From NCBI RefSeq assembly GCF_009914755.1, contig NC_060938.1: a stretch of DNA of 64,000 nucleotides, one strand, 5' to 3'. Position numbers and translations under genes: made by a program. Below the pieces are notes generated by a model. The model made no database searches. It was not told the origin of the DNA and was given only the letters and a program-made list of their open reading frames with translations. Shown one piece after another: positions 39,446-59,422 of this stretch. This DNA is from the human T2T-CHM13v2.0 reference genome, Homo sapiens. Within the stretch, counting starts at the first letter, position 1, and each line of letters opens with the position of its first letter.

Positions 39446-40426
39446 ATGTGTCCCTTGACCTTGCAGGTCACTGGCCTAATGAATGTCTCTGAGCCAAATT
39501 CCAGCTTTGCTTTTGTAAATGAATTTATACTCCAAGGTTTCTCTTGTGAGTGGACAATTCAGATCTTCCTCTTCTCACTCTTTACTACAATATATGCACT
39601 GACTATAACAGGGAATGGAGCCATTGCTTTTGCCCTGTGGTGTGACCGGCGACTTCACACTCCCATGTACATGTTCCTGGGAGATTTCTCCTTTTTAGAG
39701 ATATGGTATGTCTTTTCTACAGTTCCCAAGATGTTGGTCAACTTCCTTTCAGAGAAAACAAACATCTCCTTTGCTGGATTGTTTTCTCCAGTTTTATTTC
39801 TTCTTCTCTTTGGGTACATCAGAATGCTTGCTTTTGACTGTGATGGCCTTTGATCAGTACCTTGCTATCTGCCGTCCCTTGCACTATCCTAATATCATGA
39901 CTGGGCATCTCTGTGCCAAACTGGTCATACTGTGCTGGGTTTGTGGCTTTCTGTGGTTCCTGATCCCCATTTTCTCATCTCTCAGATGCCCTTCTGTGGC
40001 CCAAACATTATTGACCATGTTGTGTGTGACCCAGGGCCACTATTTGCATTGGATTGTGTTTCTGCCCCAAGAATCCAACTGTTTTGCTACACTCTAAGCT
40101 CATTAGTTATTTTTGGTAACTTCCTCTTTATTATTGGATCCTATACTATTGTCCTGAAAGTTGTGTTGGGTACGCCTTCAAGCACTGGGAGACATAAGGC
40201 CTTCTCTACCTGTGGGTCTCATTTGGCTGTGGTATCACTGTGCTATGGCTCTCTTATGGTCATGTATGTGAGCCCAGGACTCGGACATTCTACGGGGATG
40301 CAGAAAATTGTAACTTTGTTCTATGCTATGGTGACCCCACTCTTCAATCCCCTTATCTATAGCCTCCAGAATAAGGAGATAAAGGCAGCCCTGAGGAAAG
40401 TTCTGGGGAGTTCCAACATAATCTAA
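39446..40426 (+). pseudogene. OR11H: Olfactory receptor family 11H pseudogene (OR11H1/H2/H12-like; possibly OR11H13P or OR11H3P)
   Basis: OR motifs LHTPMY, MAFDQYLAICRPLHY, KAFSTCGSHL and PLFNPLIYSL are spread over three ORF pieces. The ends MCPLTLQVTGLMNVSEPNSS… and …RKVLGSSNII match my recall of OR11H. There is a +1 at about 39779 and a -1 at about 39971, with a premature TGA at 39851-39853. Confidence 0.95.
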
Positions 40427-42719
40427 GGCATATTAGATTATTCCTCCATGATCAGATCAGTACAGTCTAACAAAGAGAAATCAGAATTATATAGTTATTG
40501 AAATCTAAAAAATATGGACCTAGTGATATTGACTATATCAGCCTATGAAATTAAACACCTGTTGGACCCCTTACAAATTAAAGTTGCCAAATCATATAGA
40601 TAAATGGAAGCGTGTGGTTTCCCTTTGGCACCTAGACTGAGTATTAACTGAGGAATACACATATTTGGGTGTTTTCTGGATAGTTTCCATCTGATTCATC
40701 TGTGATAAAAATTCTTTATGTTCTATTTTACTTAAATTTATTGTTCTGAGATTGACAAAATTATAGCTATGTTATTTTGTTTGGTTGGTTGTAAATAAAA
40801 GAAGAAAAACTATATTTTCTGATTGTGATTCTTATCATATTTGGGTTTATTATTTTGGTGACATGGTCATTACTAATACATAAGCCCTTATAAGCAATTT
40901 ATCAACATTTTTGTAGGACAATAAAATATTCTAGCCTAATGATATCCAAACATTACCTCCTTCTGCACCCCTAAAGGGCAGATTCTAAATCCATCTATAA
41001 TAATATCAGTCAAAATATTCAGAAATGCATTATTCTAAATACCTAATATTTTTACCTAAATAAGATATCACCAACAACATGATAGGTCAATTTACCGAGT
41101 TTTAGATAATAGAATATCTCCCCTAAAGATTGGACAGGGCAATGGTATACTTGTGGATACACTACTTAAGTTCAAAAAATAAAATAAAATCAATGGCAGT
41201 CCATTGTCATTTGCTGCTAAAAGAATGTGAAAATAACATGAAGGAAAATTTTTGAAGGAAAAAAGCATTTATAATTCAATTGCTCTAATGTATCTATTTT
41301 TGTTAATATGTCTGTTTCATGTGATTTAATGTTAAACTCGCTCCTGTTTATAGCAAGTTTTTATAATTATCATTCATAGAAAGCATAATATTTTATTGAA
41401 CTAACGTGCCATGAATTGTGAATTTTTATGTGGTGAGATGAACATTGTCCTAGACGAAGGGCCTTCCTTCCAAGAAGCTAAGAGCTGACTAGTAAAAGGG
41501 AATTTTCAGAAGGGATGTTAGGAGAAAAACGAATGCCTCTACTACACAAGAATGACTTCTCACAGAATTTGTACTGCAGCATTCTGGGGTAAGGTTACTG
41601 AACACTCCAACATCTTCCTTCCTTCTACCACCAATCTTTTTGTTGAACATTACAGTTATCCCATTTTTTGTTATAAAATAATATCTCAATAAAATCTTCA
41701 TAAAGATTTGCCTTGATAATATTTTGCAAACCTAAATTAGGACTCATCATCTAATCTGAAACAGACTGTCCCAGAAAATACAGAATATAAGAATATGATG
41801 TGTGTGCAACAATTTTCCTTTCAGATTTTTTGTCTTAGAACAGTTTATTGGGAAAGAGATCATTATTCAGTTCAAAAGGTAAGAATGCATTTGTGAATTG
41901 GGGCCCGGACATTCCAGGTAGAACAATTATTTGCTCCTTTCATGTAAGACAGTATCAAGCTTTTACTCAATGTTATTAGAACTCTGCCATATCTCTCACT
42001 TGTATAGCCGCTGAGGATCTTTCCTGTTTCTTTACTCCTTTCCAGGGTATATGACTTTTAAGTTACCTGAGTTCTGATCAGCAAACGGACTCAAGAAGAA
42101 CAGGTAGTCAAGGCAGGCAATATTTCCACCACAGTTTCAGAACTCCCTACTTTGTATTACTAAGTTAATACATTTGTGCAGCCACTACCTTTGCAAAGGT
42201 TTCTTCTTACAACCTCAAATACTATGACTGGTTCACAACCTTTTCCATAGTGCTAAATTATTTGACCAAACACTGCATATATACCATATTTTTTCAAAGC
42301 CAAACTGTATCCCAAAGAGAGAGAAGGAGAGAGAAAGAATAGCAATAAAAATACAGTGTTATTTCAGGTTGATATTTAAAAATAATTGTGCTGGTTAATG
42401 GTTTCCTTGGGGGAAATGACAATTGAAAGTCGGTATTTTCTACTTTCAAATACAAGTCATGGTGTTTATTAGCTCCCTTTAAATGCTCATTAAGCTGAAC
42501 AAACTTTGACTCTACCCTCAATTACAACTAATTCCCTCACAAAGGAAAATTTATTTGTACAACCAAACGTTATGTACATTCAAGATTACTAGAAAACTTA
42601 GGACATAAGATGCAAGTGCGACAATATTATGAGAAAAGAAAGACTGTGTATTAGTTTAACAGGTTTGCATATGCAAATTCACCACCACAGGGTTTGTTCT
42701 CTTGGCAACATTGAAAATA

Positions 42720-42940
42720 ATAATAATTAACGTTTTAAGGCAACTATTTTGTGTCAGGCAATATTCCAAGTCTTTTCTATGTATTATTTTATTTCCTACT
42801 TATGAAACCCAAAGAAATCAGGTCGGTATTATTGTATCTCTAATTTTTGAAGAGTGAAACAGGCAGAAAAGGTAACTTGCCTAGTTGGAGATGGCGTCTG
42901 ATCTCAGGCAGGCTAACAATGGAGCCCACAGTTTTTACTA
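42720..42940 (-). mobile_element. MIR SINE fragment
   Basis: taataattaac…tgtgtcaggca…tattattgtatctc…gaaacaggcagaaaaggtaacttgcc. Confidence 0.6.
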
Positions 42941-44096
42941 CTATCGGGGGAAAGGACCAACACTATAGAATGAAATAGATTGGATCAAATCTAAGTCACT
43001 GATTGTGTGAGCTTATGCAAATTATTTGACCTTTCTGCCTAGATTTGTTTAGACTATAAAATATAACTAATGATAATACTTCTGTCAGACAGTGGATTTG
43101 ATGAATAAATGAGGTAAATCAAGGTAGGATCTTACACATAGTATTTATGGAATCTATTTCAGTTAATATTATTAATGTCTTCCATTTGTAGAGCTCTTCA
43201 GCATTTCCCACTTTTATATAGTTGTTCAGTTCATCCTCACAAATTCTGTCATCACACAGTTAAGGTAGACATTCCCATACTCATTTCACTGATGAGATTC
43301 AAAGAAATCAAGTATACTGTCCAAGGTCACCCATAGTAAGTGAAGGGGCAAGTTCTTCTGACTTCAAGTTCAATAAGAATTCTGCTGTACCATACATCCT
43401 ATTCTGGGAAATGTGGCTAAGTCCTGCGTAGCTAACTTCAGAACTACACGGCCATGCAAGCCAAAGAGCTGGATTTACCCCAGAAATTAATGCTGTAGAG
43501 AAGAAATGAGTGCAGTAGAAGAACTAAGGGATTTCTTTCCAGTAGTCTTAAGGTAATAACTACTCAAATTATACAAATATTTATGTAAAATGTATTTCAC
43601 GTGCAAAGTATGTCACTGAGTGAAAATGGCAGATCATGAAACAATATTATTATATAATCTCACACAAACATGAAGTCATGGGATTATGGATAATTAAGAT
43701 TCGTTGTTTCCTCTTTTATGCTAATATCTTTACTTCCTAATTTTTCCATGACAAATATGCATTTTTTGTCCAATTTACAAACGACATGTAGTTAAGAAAA
43801 AATGAATGTTTACAAATGGATGTATAATTTAAAGCAATGCTTTTAGACACACCACTTACCCACGCTTTCCCTCCACTTTGTGTGTAAGGAAAGGATAATG
43901 CTACTGTCTTTGGTAAGCTTTTACCACGTCTTTACAGAGCTTCTCAAGTACTTTTCCACGTGGGGTCACTTTGTGGAGAGGAGTTAATTTGGCACCCTTG
44001 TCCTTCTATTTCACTCAGAAGCAGCTCTTTCTGCAAAGGAGAGAGTGGTCCATGGTAGCAAACCCTGGCCTTGTGGTTTTCATTCTAGATTCTTAG

Positions 44097-44104
44097 AACA
44101 ACAA

Positions 44105-44137
<33 letters not shown>

Positions 44138-44161
44138 AAGACAGAGACAGAGAGAGAGAGA
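44097..44161. repeat. (CAA)n followed by (GA)n microsatellite
   Basis: Read directly from the sequence. Confidence 0.95.
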
Positions 44162-44331
44162 ATGGAGGAACATGTCATACAATCAAATGAATCTTCCCAA
44201 ACAAGAGCTTTACCCGGGGACTTCCATCTACACTTGTACACATCTCTCCAGCCAAGCTCCCTGCTTACTACTAATACAAGAACCAACTTTAATTAAAAGA
44301 GAGTTTGAATTGTGATGTTTTTGATACCTAC

Positions 44332-50577
<6,246 letters not shown>

Positions 50578-50689
50578 ACTCCTAGAGCATTTCCATTAAT
50601 TGTGTGTACAGAAATAGAAATACATTTCTATTAATTGTGTGTACAGAAATAGAAATAGAAAACAGAAGCCTGGGAAGCTTAATGCTGGC

Positions 50690-52925
<2,236 letters not shown>

Positions 52926-53049
52926 AGCTTTTCTAATATGAAAGTTATTATTGAAAAAAATAAAATAAAAATCTTTCCAGTGGACATTTTTGAGCCCCTC
53001 TCATCACATTTCTTAGGAAGAAAATATCTGGGGCTCTGGAATGTTCCTT

Positions 53050-53700
53050 TTAACCCACAGCCTCAAACGTACCCACCCTGGACCACTGGATACAATTTTC
53101 TCTCATTGGGTGCACAGTAGCTCTGTCCTAAAGGCCGAACCTTCTCAGTAGGTGAGGCAGTATGAGCTTTGCCACTTACCTACTGTGTGACTTTTGGCAA
53201 GATCCTTCCCTTAGTTGGGCACCAGTTTTTTCTTCTTTATAAATTCAAGAGTTAGAATCAATGATCTGCAAGGTCTTTTCTGGATGTAGCAAAAAGGAGA
53301 CATTTAGAACCATAAAACCCCAGGGGTAGATTTCAGAATGTGTGCATTACTTCCCAGGAAAATATTCTTTACTATTCTCCTTTGTAGATGCCTCCAGCCA
53401 GATGATAAGCACCCTTCAGCCTAGCTTGGCTCCACATCTCACTCCAGTCATGGTGTCGGACTGGGCACAAAGCAGGTGCTCAGTGAATTAGCTTGTCTCC
53501 ATCCCCTAAAAAGCGTTCCACATATTCTAGGTTTGCTCATCAGTGGACCCTCCTGATGGGTGGGAATCTGGAGCACAAGGCTGGTTTTAACTACTGGAGT
53601 ACTGGAGCACACACAGTGATCTTTTTTTCTGACATAGTTGGTACAGTGCTTACTTGTAATAATTCACAATTCACCAAGCAGAGCGGGTCTGGGCACCTCG
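53050..53700 (-). pseudogene. FAM138: FAM138 (F379)-family paralogous sequence, diverged; boundaries approximate
   Basis: Minus-strand peptides EMWSQARLKG / LIIWLEASTKEN (53372-53440, frameshift between them) and VSGKAHTASPTEKVRPLGQSY…RKL (53087-53179) match my recall of the predicted F379/FAM138A peptide. Confidence 0.7.
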
Positions 53701-54071
53701 AAGGCAGACATGCCAGCGGCTGAGGGGAACATGATATTCAAGTCCTCTCCGTCTGGGGTCTTGGTCCAGAAGGCCAATCTCCTGGCAGCCCACGCAGCAC
53801 GTTCGAGAAATCTCACTTGTGGCGGGTTCCCAAGCTGTTGCCATGCAGCCTCTGGAAAGAGATCTGATAAGTCCCAGGACTTCAGAAGAGCTGTGCGACC
53901 TTGGCCAAGTCACTTCCTCCTTCAGGAACATTGCAGTGGGCCTAAGTGCCTCCTCTCGGGACTGGTATGGGGACGGTCATGCAATCTGGACAACATTCAC
54001 CTTTAAAAGTTTATTGATCTTTTGTGACATGCACGTGGGTTCCCAGTAGCAAGAAACTAAAGGGTCGCAGG

Positions 54072-54431
54072 CCGGTTTCTGCTAATTTCTTTAATTCCAA
54101 GACAGTCTCAAATATTTTCTTATTAACTTCCTGGAGGGAGGCTTATCATTCTCTCTTTTGGATGATTCTAAGTACCAGCTAAAATACAGCTATCATTCAT
54201 TTTCCTTGATTTGGGAGCCTAATTTCTTTAATTTAGTATGCAAGAAAACCAATTTGGAAATATCAACCGTTTTGGAAACCTTAGACCTAGGTCATCCTTA
54301 GTAAGATCTTCCCATTTATATAAATACTTGCAAGTAGTAGTGCCATAATTACCAAACATAAAGCCAACTGAGATGCCCAAAGGGGGCCACTCTCCTTGCT
54401 TTTCCTCCTTTTTAGAGGATTTATTTCCCAT
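54072..54431 (-). mobile_element. ERV1-class gag N-terminus (matrix-like), decayed
   Basis: ORF 54228-54431 reads MGNKSSKKEEKQGEWPPLGISVGFMFGNYGTTTCKYLYKWEDLTKDDLGLRFPK, with an N-terminal MG and a gammaretroviral MA-like W/LT/RFP pattern. It continues out of frame as LYFSWYLESSKR…ELKKLAET. Confidence 0.72.
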
Positions 54432-54829
54432 TTTTCTTAAAAAGGAAGAACAAACTGTGCCCTAGGGTTTAGTGTGTCAGAACAGAGTGTGCCGATTGTG
54501 GTCAGGACTCCATAGCATTTCACCATTGAGTTATTTCTGCCCCCTTACGTGTCTCTCTTCAGCGGTCTATTATCTCCAAGAGGGCATAAAACACTGAGTA
54601 AACAGCTCTTTTATATGTGTTTCCTGGATGAGCCTTCTTTTAATTAATTTTGTTAAGGGATTTCCTCTAGGGCCACTGCACGTCATGGGGAGTCACCCCC
54701 AGACACTCCCAATTGGCCCCTTGTCACCCAGGGGCACATTTCAGCTATTTGTAAAACCTGAAATCACTAGAAAGGAATGTCTAGTGACTTGTGGGGGCCA
54801 AGGCCCTTGTTATGGGGATGAAGGCTGTT

Positions 54830-55200
54830 AGGTGGTAGCCCTCCAAGAGAATAGATGGTGAATGTCTCTTTTCAGACATTAAAGGTGTCAGACTCTCAGT
54901 TAATCTCTCCTAGATCCAGGAAAGGCCTAGAAAAGGAAGGCCTGACTGCATTAATGGAGATTCTCTACATGTGCAAAATTTCCTCCACAAAAGAAATCCT
55001 TGCAGGGCCATTTTAATGTGTTGGCCCTGTGACAGCCATTTCAAAATATGTCAAAAAATATATTTTGGGGTAAAATACTTTCATTTTCCTTCAGAGTCTG
55101 TTGTCGTATGATGCTATACCAGAGTCAGGTTGGAAAGTAAGCCACATTATACAGGGTTAACCTAAAAAAACAAAAAACTGTCTAACAAGATTTTATGGTT
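54830..55200 (-). mobile_element. ERV1-type LTR fragment
   Basis: ccttgcagggccattt…aaaatatgtcaaaaaatatattttggggtaaaatac, typical of MER4-group LTRs. Confidence 0.55.
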
Positions 55201-55288
55201 TATAGAGCATGATTCCCCGGACACATTAGATAGAAATCTGGGCAAGAGAAGAAAAAAAGGTCAGAGTTTAATCCTCATTCCTAAGTTA

Positions 55289-55740
55289 TGTAAACCAAAA
55301 ATAAAATTCTGAAGATGTCCTGATCATCTGAATGGACCCCTCCTCTGGACCAGGGCATTCCAAAGTTAACCTGAAAATTGGTTTGGGCCATGATGGGAAG
55401 GGAGGTTTGGATATGCCTCATTATGCCCTCTTCCCTTTCAGAATTCAGGAAAAGCCAACCAGCATTAACATCAACACAGATTTTCAGATCTTAGGTTTCT
55501 TTCCGATCTATTCTCTCTGAACCCTGCTACCTGGAGGCTTCATCTGCATAATAAAACTTTAGTCTCCACAACCCCTTATCTTACCCCAGACATTCCTTTC
55601 TATTGATAATAACTCTTTCAACCAATTGCCAATCAGGGTATGTTTAAATCTACCTATGACCTGGAAGCCCCCACTTTGCACCCTGAGATCAAACCAGTGC
55701 AAATCTTATATGTATTGATTTGTCAATGAAAACAGTCAAA
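55289..55740 (+). mobile_element. MER4-family LTR (5' part)
   Basis: Starts TGTAAACCAAAAATAAAATTCT…catctgaatggacccctcctc…agggcattccaaagttaacctgaaaa. Confidence 0.82.
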
Positions 55741-55743
55741 GTC

Positions 55744-56050
<307 letters not shown>

Positions 56051-56051
56051 C

Positions 56052-56790
56052 TGTCAAAATCTGTACAGTATGTGAAGAGATTTGTTCTGAGCCAAATATG
56101 AGTGACCATGGTCCATGACACAGCCCTCAGAAGACCCTGAGAACATGTGCCCAAGGTGGTCACAGTGCATCTTAGTTTTGTACATTTTAGGGAGATATGA
56201 GACTTCAGTCAAATACATTTTTAAAAAATACATTGGTTTTGTCCAGAAAGCCAGAACCACTCAAAGCAGGGGTTTCCAGGTTATAAGTAGATTTAAAATT
56301 TTTCTGATTGACAATTGGTTGAAAGAGTTGTCAATAGAAAGGAATGTCTGCATTGTGACAAGAGGTTGTGGAGACCAAGTTTATGTCATGCAGATGAAGC
56401 CTTCAGGTAGCAGGCTTCCAAGATAACAGGTTGTAAATAGTTCTTATCAGACTTAAGTTCTGTGGAGACGTAAAATGAGGCATATCTGACCTCCACTTCC
56501 AAAAACACCTGAGACAGGTCTCAGTTAATTAAGAAAGTTTGTTCTGCCTAGTTTAAGGACATGCCCATGACACTGCCTCAGGAGGTCCTGACAGCATGTG
56601 CCCAAGGTGGTCAGGATCCAGCTTGCTTTTATATATTTTAGGGAGAAAATACATCAGCCTGTAAACAAAAAATTAAATTCTAAGGTCCCAGAACCATCTG
56701 AATGGGCTTTCTTCTAGGCCAGGGCACTCTAAAATTGAAGAACCTGAACATTCCTTTCTATTGATAATACTTTCAGCCAGTTGAGCCCAT
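56052..56790. mobile_element. Cluster of MER4-family LTR fragments: two antisense (56052-56660) and one sense 5' end from 56660
   Basis: catgtgcccaaggtggtca…attttagggaga occurs twice (near 56145 and 56597). A second LTR start tgtaaacaaaaaattaaattctaagg lies at 56660. Confidence 0.75.
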
Positions 56791-58914
56791 TCAGACCACA
56801 GCAAGGTGCCAGGCCAGGCAAGGGCTGACTTGAGATACCTGCCAGATGAGTCACTGGCAAAAGGTGCTGCTCCCTGGTGAGGGAGAAACACCAGGGGCTG
56901 GGAGAGGCCCAGAAGGCTCTGAAGGAGTTTTGGTTTGGCTGGCCATGTGTGCAATTAGCGTGATGAGCTCTGACATGGCCTTGCATGGACGGATTGGGCA
57001 GGACACCCCAGCTGAGGAGGATGGCAGGAGTGATGGCACAGGGGAAAGTGTGGCATACCCAGGTGACAGCTCCCCACTACCTCCACTCTGTGCTGCAGCT
57101 CAGGGGCTGGGTCTTCTGCTGCAACTCAGCCCCTCTGTACCAGCCCTGGCCTCATTCCCTTGGTTCCACGACACCCAGCTGACAAAAGGGACTTGCCTGT
57201 ACCCCTGCACCTGGTCCTACACCTGGCTCCTGGGTTGTCAGCAGGTGTTTGTTGGGCCAATGAGTGCATGGATGGAAACACAGACATAAGGACAGATGGA
57301 GAGATGGTGGGTGGCCAGACAAAGGAGTAACTTGGTGAGGAATGTGCATTAGGAAATCACGGAAGAGCAGAAACTGTTTGAAAATTCCAAGTGGGGAAAG
57401 TGAGGAGGTGAAGCAGGGCTGAAGGGCCTCCCTCAGAGCCTTCTCCCACTCTGTGGTGTCCACATCCCCTTGGTCGTCCTTGTGGGAGGCACTCACCTTT
57501 TGCTCAGCCTCTTGTGGCTACAGCCCAGCAGGTCCCAGGTGGCACCAGCCAAGATGAAGGTGGCATTGAGGGCTGAAGGCTCCCTCACCATGAAGGGATG
57601 ATGTATAGTGGGTGGGGCCTCAGGAGGAAGAGGGCCACCAACCCTACCCGGCCCCTAACCTGCTGCCTGGAGTAGGCAGGTACCAGAGGCATGGGGTGAG
57701 GCATGTTGCAGGTCGAGGACCAGGGCCATCTCCCTGCCTGAGCCCATGGACTGGCTCAGGGGTCTGTCAGATGATTCTAGAGCTGAGTTGGAGGTAAGGG
57801 CAGGGGGTTTGTTCCTGGGTTCAAGACCATGGAAGGAAGGGGTAGAGAAGGAGGCCAACAAGTGAGGAGGCGAATTACAGTGGCTGGCAGAAGGAGAGAG
57901 AAGCCAGGACAGGTGGCTGTGGCCCTGTCCCTGCAGGCAGACCCAGGAAGGAGCTCAGAGACAGGATTCATGCCAAGCCTGCCTACCCAGCACATCTCTC
58001 CTCATGGACATGAGAGAAAACCCTCCAGCTTGGCCCTCACATCTGTGAAACCCACAGTAATGGGGCTGACATCCTCTGCCCTATGCAAGAGAGGTTTCCC
58101 AAGCACTTGCAGCAAGTGAGACTGCACAGGATGGTGAATCCACAAAGAACACGTTGTTCTCATGCTCTTTGGAAGCACCAATTTACATTCTGACAGTTTT
58201 GTGGGGAGATGAGACCAGTGAAAACCAGGGAACCCTGCTCATTAGGGGAACCCTTGGTGGTCTCTGCTTGGAAGCCGGGCTGCAGAGGACTGTAAGATCA
58301 ACCGCCGGGGCTGTAGGTGATGGCTCAGGCACTGGATTCTCCATGGAGGACCCCATGAATGCACTTTGAAAGGTCAGCTCCATGGGTCTCAGCTGGCTGG
58401 GCCCATTTGGGAGTTCTATCTTTGGGGAAGGATGCTTTCCTAGGCTCTGTTGCACGCTGGCCCTAGGCTCAGGCCAGGATCAAAATCAAAGTCAGCTTCA
58501 TGCCCAAGGAGGGCATGGCACTACCTCCTCAAGGGCCACAGGGTGGGGGCCTAAATTCCATCCTGCAGGATTCCAGGTCAGGAACAAGGCCCGGGGATGC
58601 TGCTTCTGGGTCTGAACCCCAGGTATGGGTCAAGAGGGCTCCAACTTCAAGGATGAGGTTATTCATGGTAGAAGAAACTGTAAGTCTCCTAGGACATTCC
58701 CTCCATGTAAGCAGGAAGCTGCCCCTTTGCTTCCCAAGACAAAAAGGTATGAGGCTGGTTGTCCAGCACCGACCCACCCTGGGGCTGGAAAGGCTGGGAG
58801 GGCAGGTTGGCACATTCCCAGTTTGAGGGAGCCAGGTGTATTCCTGAGCCTGGGCGTTGGATGAAAATGTTAGGGTGGGCCTATGATTAGGCCTGAGAGG
58901 TTGTTTGTCTCCCA

Positions 58915-59422
58915 TCAGTGGAGCTGGCAATCTGACGATGCCTCTCTTTGGATTCTGGCCTTCAGCCTCTTCAGGCCATGGTGACCGGGGTCCACCAGGA
59001 GAAAGATCTCGGCTGTCATCCAAGCCTCTGTGTAGCACTGCTCCTCCAGGCAGCATTGTCCATGACACAGAAACACCTGTACTGTTGGGGCCCAGCACAG
59101 GCTATTCTCGGCCAAAGTGAGCCCCAGCTTAAGGGCCTGGGCAAAGGCCTCTTTGCCCTCACCTTGTCCTTCAGGCTCAGCAGCAGGCAACCCCAATTGC
59201 AGAAGTCTCTATCCATCTTGGGAGGTTGTCATCCCCTGAACCTTCCTACAGCACATTGTCCAGGCCCCCAAAGCCTCCAAACTCATGCAGTTTGATCAGG
59301 CAGCCAGCAGATGCAGGTGACAGGCACTGTTGCCACCAGCCAGGATGGCCAGTAGTCAGTAGCCCAGTGCCCTTCCCAGGATGCCCTGCATCCAGGAGGG
59401 CCTTGGCTTCCTGGGCTGTGGC
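58915..59422 (-). pseudogene. TTC34: TTC34 (tetratricopeptide repeat protein 34) terminal exon, unprocessed pseudogene fragment
   Basis: A branch-like ctaac, pyrimidine tract and cAG precede ATAQEAKALLDAGHP…CLIKLHEFG…DFCNWGCLLLSLKD…AFAQALKL…VFLCHGQCCLEEQCYTEAW…LLVDPGHHGLKRLKARIQREASSDCQLH*, spread over several frames. This matches my recall of the TTC34 C-terminus (…LLVDPDHRGLKRLKARIRREASSGCWLQ). Confidence 0.85.

Noticed and set aside
44045-44296. Poly-Q ORF of 83 aa
   Set aside because: A (CAA)n microsatellite in a short ORF with a non-ATG start and no recognisable domain
50589-50658. Tandem 35 bp duplication next to the L1 poly-A, considered as a TSD
   Set aside because: Both copies lie on the same side of the L1, so it is a local tandem duplication
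54780-54815. Possible tRNA primer-binding site (minus-strand TGGCCCCC…) upstream of gag
   Set aside because: I could not match 18 nt to a tRNA 3' end or place an LTR CA terminus next to it
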